This document shows, in pieces, positions 48,780 through 57,259 of a DNA stretch of 64,000 nt. The notes under the pieces were generated by a model that saw only the letters and a program-made list of their open reading frames with translations, was not told where the DNA came from and searched no databases. Every line of letters starts with the position of its first letter. The first letter of the stretch is position 1. Origin of the DNA: Armatimonadota bacterium (GTDB lineage Bacteria > Armatimonadota > SYMT01); the NCBI GenBank assembly GCA_041690135.1, contig JAWLHY010000014.1, forward strand, positions 14,140 through 78,139, read 5' to 3'. Position numbers and translations under genes: made by a program.

Positions 48780-49244
48780 ATGCAACAGCACGAATCACTC
48801 CACGAGCCGGACGCGGTCATCAACCTGGGGTTAGACCCTCCGGCAAGGGGCACGGTCGAAGCTTCGCGGGGTGATCGCCTGGAGGATGCCCGTGCCAGGG
48901 ACCGGCTCTGGCGGAAGCAGCAACGGACCCGTCTGGAGAAGCGGATCCGGCGGACCACCAGGATCTACATGCCCTCCATCAGCATCCTGGTCTATGGACT
49001 GGTTTCCATGGGTTTCCGGTGGTTCGACCTGGATGTTCTGGGAGGGTATGGCTTTCCATTCACACTCGCCAATCCCGTGCGCGATGCCACCGACTTCACG
49101 AGATCCGTGCTACTTTTGGGCGGCTACATCCTGGTGGCCGGGCTGGGCAACTGGATCGTCCTGGAGCTTGTGCTGCACTGGAGCGGGCGCCTGGAGCGGG
49201 AACTGGCGGAGTACGAGGACCCGGAAGAGGCTGCCGAATCTTGA
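48780..49244 (+). CDS. hypothetical 2-TM protein (family member 3)
   Basis: LEDARARDRLWR, two TM segments, RLERELA. Confidence 0.7.
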   Translation: MQQHESLHEPDAVINLGLDPPARGTVEASRGDRLEDARARDRLWRKQQRTRLEKRIRRTTRIYMPSISILVYGLVSMGFRWFDLDVLGGYGFPFTLANPVRDATDFTRSVLLLGGYILVAGLGNWIVLELVLHWSGRLERELAEYEDPEEAAES

Positions 49245-49804
49245 AGCGCCCTCCGGCATCTATAGTGAACATGTTGCGGGCCTGTTACGTCAGGGAGTAC
49301 GCAGGCCGAGAGGCAGAAGGCAGAAGGCAGTCGGCGGTAAGCAGCGAGGCTCATCCCAGGGCGGGATGGATTGGGGTGAGGATAAGGATAACGAAGAGGA
49401 TAAGGATAAGGATCCCGCGTAAGGACGGCTTCCCTGACCAGGGGGCGAGTGGATTAGGACGAGGATAAGGATAAGGAGTCCCGGTCCAGGACGGGTGCCC
49501 TGACCAGGGGGCTTGCCGCGTCGCTCACAGGATCAAGACAATACAGAGGCACTTCGACGAAAGGCTCATCTGGGCTGAGAAGTTGGATCCGGTACACCGC
49601 TCCTCGCAATGACGATCTTGGGCATTGCCCGAATGCCTGACCGCCCGGCCCTCTGAAACAGCACCCCATCCCGCCCCACACCTTTACGCAACACGCAATA
49701 CGCATCACGTTTCACGTTTCACGCATCAATGCGAGGCGCCCCTTCTGCCCCGGCACCAACCCCTCGCACGTACGCTTACGCATCACGTACCACGCACTAC
49801 GCCT

Positions 49805-51250
49805 ATGTTCACCCACAAGCTCCGTTCCGCAGCCGCGCCCTTCTTGTTGCTGGGCAGCCTGACGTTGGGCGCGGTGGCCGCGCAGCAGCGGCCCGCCGCG
49901 GCCCAGGACAAGCCGGCCCGGCCCAACGTGCTGTTCATCGCCGTGGATGACCTCAACCATTGGGTCCGGCACCTGGGCCGGAACCCGCAGGTCATCACGC
50001 CGAACCTGGACCGCCTGGCGAAGCGCGGGGTCACGTTCACGCGTGCCTACTGCGCCGCTCCCGCCTGCAACCCATCGCGGGCGGCGCTGATGTCCGGGCT
50101 ACGACCCTCGACCTCGGGGGTGTACGTCAACGCCACGGACTGGCGTCCCCATATCCCCGAGGCGTTGACCCTGCCCACGCACTTCCGCAAGCAGGGCTAC
50201 TGGGTAGCCGGCGGAGGCAAGATCTATCACGGCGGCTACGACCGTGCTGGCGAGTGGGACGACTACTTCAAGCCGATGGGCGGCGACCCGAAGCCGGCGG
50301 GGACGGACCGCGGGGTCGGCGGCATCGCGTTCGCACCGCTGGATTGTCGCGACGAGGACCTGGCGGATTACCGGATCGCGAGCTGGGCCGTGGAGCAGCT
50401 CGGCAAGACGCACGACAAGCCATTCTTCCTGGCGTGCGGGCTGCACAAGCCGCACATGCCGTGGAGCGTGCCGCGGAAGTATTACGACCTCTACCCCCTG
50501 GACAAGATCCAGCTCCCACCGACGCGGGAGAAGGACCTGGACGACGTGCCGGCGGCCGGGGTGAAGATGGCCGGTCCCCAGGGCGACCACGCGCGGATCC
50601 TGATGTCCGGGCGGTGGAAAGAGGCGGTCCAGGCCTACCTCGCCGCCATCACTTACACCGATATGAACGTGGGACGGGTGCTCGATGCGCTGGAGAAGAG
50701 CCCGCACGCGAAGAACACGATCGTGGTCCTGTGGGGCGACCACGGCTGGCACCTGGGAGAGAAGGAACACTGGCGCAAGTTCGCGCTGTGGGAGGAGGCG
50801 ACCCGCTCTCCCTTGATCTGGAGCGTGCCCGGCGTGACCCGGCCCGGCACCGTGTGCGACCGGACCGTAGACTTCATGAGCCTCTACCCGACGCTCACCG
50901 ATCTCTGCGGCCTGCCCACCCCCGCGCAGGTGGAAGGCGCCAGCATCCGGAAGCTGCTGGCCGACCCCAAAACCGCCTGGAGCACCCCTGCGCTGACGAC
51001 GCATGGCTTCGGCAACCACGCGGTCCGTACGGAGAAATGGCGCTACATCCGCTACCAGGACGGCAACGAAGAGCTTTATGACGAGGCGAAAGACCCCTAC
51101 GAGTGGACCAACCTCGCGCGCTCTTCCGAGACCGCCTCCGTCCGCGCGGAGCTGGCGAAGCACCTGCCCCAGGTCAACAAGCCGTCGCCACCGTTTACGG
51201 GCAACGGCAACGGCGGCATGCGGCGCCGCCGGCGGATGCAGATGAAATAG
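49805..51250 (+). CDS. secreted sulfatase (iduronate-2-sulfatase-like)
   Basis: PNVLFIAVDDLN, CNPSR, GKIYH, KPHMPW, GDHGWHLGEK. Confidence 0.92.
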   Translation: MFTHKLRSAAAPFLLLGSLTLGAVAAQQRPAAAQDKPARPNVLFIAVDDLNHWVRHLGRNPQVITPNLDRLAKRGVTFTRAYCAAPACNPSRAALMSGLRPSTSGVYVNATDWRPHIPEALTLPTHFRKQGYWVAGGGKIYHGGYDRAGEWDDYFKPMGGDPKPAGTDRGVGGIAFAPLDCRDEDLADYRIASWAVEQLGKTHDKPFFLACGLHKPHMPWSVPRKYYDLYPLDKIQLPPTREKDLDDVPAAGVKMAGPQGDHARILMSGRWKEAVQAYLAAITYTDMNVGRVLDALEKSPHAKNTIVVLWGDHGWHLGEKEHWRKFALWEEATRSPLIWSVPGVTRPGTVCDRTVDFMSLYPTLTDLCGLPTPAQVEGASIRKLLADPKTAWSTPALTTHGFGNHAVRTEKWRYIRYQDGNEELYDEAKDPYEWTNLARSSETASVRAELAKHLPQVNKPSPPFTGNGNGGMRRRRRMQMK

Positions 51251-51423
51251 CCGCGAAAATCGCTACTGGATCGAGGGCTTCTTGGGAAAGAGGATACTCG
51301 TCGGCTAAGCACCCAATCACCGCCTTCCCGGCCGACCGCCGGGGGTGGTGATTGGGGTTCCCCACCGGCCTGGATCCCCCGGCGCTGCTCCCTGTTCGCG
51401 GCGTCGATCCCAGGAGCAGCGCC

Positions 51424-53331
51424 ATGAAATACTGGAGTCTCGCGACTCTCGCCTTCACCGCCTCGGGAGGGTGCCTCTCGGCGGCCCTCGCCCCGGCGGA
51501 GCCCCGCCTGCCGGACGGCACCGGCGCCGTGACGATTACCGGCGACCGGCGGCAGTGGCACAAGATCACCCTCACCCTGGACGGCCCGTTCGCAGCGGAG
51601 TCCGACCGGGACCCCAACCCATTCCGGGACTACCGGATGACCGTGACGTTCCGGCACGTCTCCGGGAGCTCGGAGTACCAGGTGCCCGGTTATTTCGCCG
51701 CCGATGGAAATGCCGCCCACTCCTCCGCAGAGGCGGGCACGCGCTGGCGGGCGCACCTCTCACCGGACCGGCCGGGGCGGTGGACCTACCAGGTCTCCTT
51801 CGTGCAGGGGGACGACGTCGCCCTCGACCCCGGTAACGGAGGCTTGCCGCTGACTCCTTTCGATGGCCAGTCGGGGGCCTTTGTGGTCCGGCCGGCCAAC
51901 CGGCGGAGCCGTGGTTTCCACGGCCGGGGGCGCCTGCAGTACGTGGGCCGGCACCATCTCCGGTTCGCGGGCACCGGCGAGTACTTCCTGAAAGCCGGGG
52001 CGGATGCTCCCGAGACCCTGCTGGCGTACGCGGACTTTGACGGCACGGAAGCTCGAAGGCCCCAGGTTCCGCTCAAGACCTGGCAGCCGCACCTCCGCGA
52101 CTGGCGCCGCGGCGACCCGACCTGGAAAGGGGGAAAGGGCCGGGGGCTCATCGGCGCTCTCAACTACCTGGCCGGCAAGGGCTGCAACGCCTTCTCCTTC
52201 CTGACCTATAATGCGGGGGGCGACGGCGACAACGTCTGGCCGTTCACCAGTCGCGACGACAAATTCCACTACGACTGCTCCAAGCTGGACCAGTGGGGCC
52301 TTGTGTTCGACCACGCTCAGCAGTTGGGTCTCTACCTGCACTTCAAGCTGCAGGAGACCGAGAACGACGATCACCGGGTAGGCAAGGGGAACCCGGGCCA
52401 CGTGCCCACCTCCCTGGACGGCGGTGACCTGGGGCCGGAGCGGCGGCTCTATCTCCGGGAGTTGATCGCCCGGTTCGGCCACGCGCTGGCCCTCAACTGG
52501 AACCTGGGCGAGGAGAATACCCAATCACCGGAGCAGCAGCGCGAGATGGCCGCGTACCTCCGCGCCGTGGACCCTTACGACCACCCGATCGTGGTCCACA
52601 GCTACCCGGACCGGCAGGATCAGGTCTATCCCCCCCTGCTGGGCAATCAATCGGTGCTAACCGGCGCTTCCCTGCAGAACGGTTGGCATCACACGCACGA
52701 GCGGACCCTGAAGTGGTTGCGCGAATCGGCCGGGGCGGGCCGGCCGTGGGTAGTGGCCAATGATGAGCAGGGCAGTTCCGAAACCGGTGTGCCCCCGGAC
52801 CCCGGCTACGCGGGCTTCGACGGGAGGGCTCCCCACGGCAGCGGATTCTATGACCTGCACGACATCCGCAAGTACACGCTCTGGGGCAACCTGATGGCGG
52901 GCGGGGCCGGCGTGGAGTACTACTTCGGCTACCGGCTGCTCCAGAACGACCTGGTGTGCGAGGACTTCCGCAGCCGCGATCGGAGCTGGGATTACTGCCG
53001 GATCGCCCTGGACTTCTTCCGCCGCTACCGCGTTCCCTTCTGGGAAATGACCAGCGGCAACGCACTCGTGGGCAACCCCGGCGGCACGAATAGCCGCTTT
53101 TGCCTCGCCCTTCCCGGCCAACTCTACCTGATCTATCTCCCCGAGGGAGGTTCCACCGAGCTCGACCTTTCCGCCGCTCGCGGCCGGTTCCGGGTGAGCT
53201 GGTTCAATCCCCGGCAGGGCGGTCCTCTGCGGGCCGGCACCGTCCGCCGGGTGACGGGCGGCCAGCGCATTGCCCTGGGCCACCCTCCTGTCGAGCGCGA
53301 CGAAGACTGGCTGGCAGTGGTGCGGAGGTAA
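51424..53331 (+). CDS. DUF5060 domain protein, probable glycoside hydrolase-like, with C-terminal beta domain
   Basis: Signal peptide, NPFRDYR, VPGYFAADG, WNLGEEN, DPYDHP, NDEQG, WFNPRQGG. Confidence 0.8.
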   Translation: MKYWSLATLAFTASGGCLSAALAPAEPRLPDGTGAVTITGDRRQWHKITLTLDGPFAAESDRDPNPFRDYRMTVTFRHVSGSSEYQVPGYFAADGNAAHSSAEAGTRWRAHLSPDRPGRWTYQVSFVQGDDVALDPGNGGLPLTPFDGQSGAFVVRPANRRSRGFHGRGRLQYVGRHHLRFAGTGEYFLKAGADAPETLLAYADFDGTEARRPQVPLKTWQPHLRDWRRGDPTWKGGKGRGLIGALNYLAGKGCNAFSFLTYNAGGDGDNVWPFTSRDDKFHYDCSKLDQWGLVFDHAQQLGLYLHFKLQETENDDHRVGKGNPGHVPTSLDGGDLGPERRLYLRELIARFGHALALNWNLGEENTQSPEQQREMAAYLRAVDPYDHPIVVHSYPDRQDQVYPPLLGNQSVLTGASLQNGWHHTHERTLKWLRESAGAGRPWVVANDEQGSSETGVPPDPGYAGFDGRAPHGSGFYDLHDIRKYTLWGNLMAGGAGVEYYFGYRLLQNDLVCEDFRSRDRSWDYCRIALDFFRRYRVPFWEMTSGNALVGNPGGTNSRFCLALPGQLYLIYLPEGGSTELDLSAARGRFRVSWFNPRQGGPLRAGTVRRVTGGQRIALGHPPVERDEDWLAVVRR

Positions 53332-53385
53332 CCCCCGCTTCCCGGATCACCGAAGTATTTCGTCATACGCAGTACGCACGACGCA

Positions 53386-54423
53386 CTATGCCGGCTTCGG
53401 CTTCATCCCCGCCCAGGGTACCCGGCCCTGGGGGATCTGGGGCGGGGCGCCGCCCGCCAGGCGGCCGTAGGCGACGTGCTTCAGGAAGAACTGCCGCTCG
53501 TTCGGCACCGGCTCCCAGGCCTTGCCGTCTCGGCTCTGGCGGATCTTCGACGGCGGCCACGACCACCCGAAGAGGCGGTCGCCCGCACGGACCACGGCCC
53601 GCGGCACGTCGCCCTCCCGCCGGGTCCACTCCACGCCGTCGGGCGAGGTATAGGCGGCCTTCTGGTGGGTGGTGGCCAGGAACTCGCGGCCGGTCCAGAC
53701 CACCGAGGTGATGGTCCCGCGCTCCGGGTGGACCTCGTTATTGCGCCACTCCACGCCGTCCCGGCTGGTCGCGAGCAGGCCATCCTGCCCGCCGACCACG
53801 AACACGCCGCTGCCGAACGCCACGCGCTTGAGCCCCGCCTGTTTCTCGACCTGCCCGGCCATCTGGGTGACGATGATCTTGCCGGTCCGCGGGTCGAACG
53901 CCATGGCCGGGCCGAAGTCGCCGGACCCCACCAGGACTCCGTTACCGGTGGCCGTGCCACGGATCCAGTGGGTGCGGGTCGGCATCTCCGCGCGGCCCAC
54001 CGACTCGAACGCTTCGCCGTCCCGGCTGCGGTAGACCTGCCCCCGGAGATCGACGGCGTAGAGGGTGTCGTCCAGCACTTCCAGGCCGAAGATCGGGCCG
54101 CCCTTCGGCAGCACCCCGTCGCACCAGGCCTTGCCGTCACGGGTTGCCGTCATCCGGGCGATGCTGTAGCCGCCGCCCACGTAGGCCGCGCCGCGGAAGA
54201 AGACGGCCACGTTCAGGTCGTTCTGGTCGTGCTTCGGCTCGCCCCAGGCGATGTGCCCTTCCCAGCTCTTCCCGTCATGGGAGAACATCCGCTGCCCGCC
54301 GGGGCCCACCGCCAGGAACACCTCTCCCGGCTGCACGCCCCCTTCCTGCGCCGCCAACAGGGGCCGCACCCCCGCCCCGCACAGCACCCCCGCCGCCAAC
54401 CCCAACAAATCCCTTCGATCCAT
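53386..54423 (-). CDS. Tat-exported BNR/Asp-box repeat protein
   Basis: MDRRDLL; repeated S-x-D-G-x-x-W boxes. Confidence 0.8.
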   Translation of the reverse strand: MDRRDLLGLAAGVLCGAGVRPLLAAQEGGVQPGEVFLAVGPGGQRMFSHDGKSWEGHIAWGEPKHDQNDLNVAVFFRGAAYVGGGYSIARMTATRDGKAWCDGVLPKGGPIFGLEVLDDTLYAVDLRGQVYRSRDGEAFESVGRAEMPTRTHWIRGTATGNGVLVGSGDFGPAMAFDPRTGKIIVTQMAGQVEKQAGLKRVAFGSGVFVVGGQDGLLATSRDGVEWRNNEVHPERGTITSVVWTGREFLATTHQKAAYTSPDGVEWTRREGDVPRAVVRAGDRLFGWSWPPSKIRQSRDGKAWEPVPNERQFFLKHVAYGRLAGGAPPQIPQGRVPWAGMKPKPA

Positions 54424-54515
54424 CTCTGTCCTCTATCCTGGCGAAGTCAGAACCAAAAGGAAGACGGTGTCATCCATACGGACTTGCAGTTGCGAAGGAG
54501 CCTTAGCGACCCTAC

Positions 54516-54580
54516 GCCCTATGCTTCGCCGGGTGTACTTCGCCGGGCAGGCTTGCGAGTTTACCCGGCGAAGCTAGGGC
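54516..54580. repeat. long imperfect palindrome
   Basis: GCCCTA-TGCTTCGCCGGGT ... ACCCGGCGAAGC-TAGGGC. Confidence 0.7.
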
Positions 54581-54822
54581 AATCCCCCTGCCTTCCGTGT
54601 CGCCACCTTTGCCGCCGTCCGCCGGTATTGCAGATCCTACTGCGGAGTCGGAGGCCGATGGACAACCTCTCGGAATCACTTGCCCATCTCTTGCCTCTCA
54701 CTCGTGCTCAGTCCGCACTGACGCCGCTTGCCGGATCTATCTTTCTTCTCTTCTTCTCTTCTTTGCGGCTTTGCGTCTTGGCGCGAGTCCCTTCCCCTTC
54801 TGCGGCTCCGTGGTGAGAAAAT

Positions 54823-55497
54823 TCACAGAGAGCGGAGGCGGATCCCCCGATAGGCCGCGGAGGTCTTGTAGGTACACAGCCCCAGCGGCGTCGACTGGCT
54901 GATGCTGCCGGGGCGCAGGCTGACCTTCCGGCCCTTGATCTCCTGGTCCACGACCTGCTTGCCGTCCAGCCAGGCTTCCAGCTTGTCGGGCGTGACCCGC
55001 AGGCGGACCCGGTACCACTGGTCCGTCTTGAACGTCATGTACCGGGTGGTGGGGTTCTCCGAGGCGTCCGAATTGTCGATGCTCGAGATGCCGACCACGG
55101 AGCCGCCCCAGCCGCCGAGGATCAAGCTGGCGTGCGAGTCGCCCACCGGAAAGGTGAGGCCGCACATGAAGTCTTCGCCCTGGATCTTCAGCGTCTCCAG
55201 TTCGATCTCGTAGTTCGTCTTCGGTACCTCGCCGGTCCAGTTGAACCCGCTGAGGCTTTCGCCCGCGTCCACCACGATGGCGGCCGGCCCGTTCCGGAAC
55301 GACTTCTCCACCCGCACCTCGCCACCCGCGGCGAACTCCGTGCGCTTCCAGCCGGCCAGCGTCTTGCCGTCGAACAGCGGCTTCCAGGCCTTCGCACCGG
55401 CCTTTGGGGTCTCTGCGGCGACAGCTTCCGTGAACGGCAACAGCGCCAGGCCGCCCAGAGCGGCGAGCACGGCGCGGCGGGGGGTCTTATCGGACAT
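54823..55497 (-). CDS. DUF1080 (3-keto-disaccharide hydrolase-like) protein with Tat signal
   Basis: PRRAVL, WKPLFDGKTLAGW, LGGWGG, YRGIRLR. Confidence 0.88.
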   Translation of the reverse strand: MSDKTPRRAVLAALGGLALLPFTEAVAAETPKAGAKAWKPLFDGKTLAGWKRTEFAAGGEVRVEKSFRNGPAAIVVDAGESLSGFNWTGEVPKTNYEIELETLKIQGEDFMCGLTFPVGDSHASLILGGWGGSVVGISSIDNSDASENPTTRYMTFKTDQWYRVRLRVTPDKLEAWLDGKQVVDQEIKGRKVSLRPGSISQSTPLGLCTYKTSAAYRGIRLRSL

Positions 55498-55655
55498 TTG
55501 GGGCTCCCTTCTCCGGGCGGGGTGAATACGTACTTGACTCTGGGATTCTTCGTACGCCCTCCGGAACTCCTGCCTGCTCTTGCGGCACCGGTTCGGAAGG
55601 CCGCCGGTCCCGAGATCCTGTTCCGGCCCTTCGGGATCGGACCCGGTCGTTCCGC

Positions 55656-56141
55656 CTAGCGCCGGGCGTAGACGGCAAGCAACGCCGTCACGCTCTGCCA
55701 TTCCGCGTCGTCCGCAAACATCGAGCGGTGCAGCGGAAACGCGGCCACGGGAGTTGCGTAGAGGAGCGCCGCACGCTCGTTCAGCTTGATCGCGATAAGG
55801 GAAGACCAGGGATACGGCTCCGGTTCACTGCCCCATCGGATCCCCTCGGGGGTGATCTCTCCCGAGAGAGTGGGGCCGGAGTCCCTCACCAGGCGAGGCC
55901 ACCACCAGGCCCACCACAGGCGTGGCAGTGCGAAGCCCAGGATAAAGAAAGTGAGCCCCGCGAGCACGAAGAGGAAGTGGTCCACGCCTTCGGTCCGCCC
56001 GCCCAGATAGAAGCCGAGTCCAAGCATCACCGTGCCCATCGTGCCATAGGCGATCGGAAAGAGCGGCTTTCGCTGCAGGTAAAGGATGCGGGCATCGGCG
56101 GTGATCTCCGCATCTAGCAGGGATCGGAACGGGATTCTCAT
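55656..56141 (-). CDS. YcxB-like membrane protein
   Basis: Two TM segments, then EITPEGI...YPWSS...PLHRSMF. Confidence 0.7.
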   Translation of the reverse strand: MRIPFRSLLDAEITADARILYLQRKPLFPIAYGTMGTVMLGLGFYLGGRTEGVDHFLFVLAGLTFFILGFALPRLWWAWWWPRLVRDSGPTLSGEITPEGIRWGSEPEPYPWSSLIAIKLNERAALLYATPVAAFPLHRSMFADDAEWQSVTALLAVYARR

Positions 56142-56272
56142 GGCTGCGCTGTTCTGAGTCGATACGATCCTGGCACGGGCACGAACGGTTGAGCCGGGGG
56201 CATGTTATCATGCTAACACGGTGGATGGGGCCAGGGAGCGGTGATGCTTATCCACCCGTCGTGGGGGTTAAG

Positions 56273-56785
56273 ATGCAGAAGGGATTGCCGGTCGGTCTGC
56301 TCATCGCGTTCGGACTGGTGCTCGTGGGGTGCTTCCTTCCCTGGGGGACGATCTCCTTCGACTGGTCCGACGCCAAAGTGAGCATTGGTGGCATACCCGT
56401 GGAAGGGCAGCCCCTGGGTAACCTGGCCGAGGCAATCCCTGGTCTTGCCGGCGCCGCCAAGGGGACTTTGCCCGTCTCTCCCTGGGCCGGTTATGCGACT
56501 CTGTTGGGTCTCCAACTGCCGAACTGGCTGGTACTCGCCGCAGCCGCCTTTCTCGCCGCCTTTGGGGTGATGGAGTGCTTTCCCCATACCCGGGTGCCGG
56601 TTCTCGCGCGGGCGAGCTTCTGTCTCTATGGAGTGGTGCATCTCGGCGCACTGGGGTCGGACTTCGTCCAGGGTGGGAAGGCCGACACGGGATTCTTCCT
56701 CACCGCAGCGGCATTCGCGGTCCTCACGATTCTCACTCTACGGGAGAGCCGGCAGCGTCCCGTGCTTCTGACGCCCACACCGTGA
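56273..56785 (+). CDS. multi-pass membrane hypothetical protein
   Basis: GCFLPW motif and about four TM segments. Confidence 0.7.
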   Translation: MQKGLPVGLLIAFGLVLVGCFLPWGTISFDWSDAKVSIGGIPVEGQPLGNLAEAIPGLAGAAKGTLPVSPWAGYATLLGLQLPNWLVLAAAAFLAAFGVMECFPHTRVPVLARASFCLYGVVHLGALGSDFVQGGKADTGFFLTAAAFAVLTILTLRESRQRPVLLTPTP

Positions 56786-57259
56786 AGCTGAGTAATGCGT
56801 ATTCCGTAATGCGTAACTCGAACCCGCTCCATAATGCGTATTGCGTAACTCCGAACCCCGGGTATCTGCACTGGCTACATCTTCCCTTCGCTGCGTTCCG
56901 GCGTCGCTCCCTCGCTGCGTCGTCCGGGAACTGCTTCGCTCCCTCACTGCGTCCCCCGAGTTCCCCTCCAACCTCTCTGGGTTTTCTCACCCGACCTGCT
57001 GCGTATCCCTCTCCTTTACCTTCTTCGCTTCTTCCTTTGCGGCTTCGCGCACCCCCCCCCCGCGGGGCGCAAACCTTTGCGAGAGACCTTCTTTTCCTTC
57101 TCTTGGCGTTCTTGGCGTCCCCTACGGGCCGAATGGCTTGGCGGTGAAATCGGCAGCCCACCCGGCTCCCGCATCTGCAGGGTCCGCATCTGGCGACGGT
57201 GAATCACCGTTTGCATAGTTAGCGCCGGGCCAGGAAACGGCGGAGGGGAGGGCACTGGA

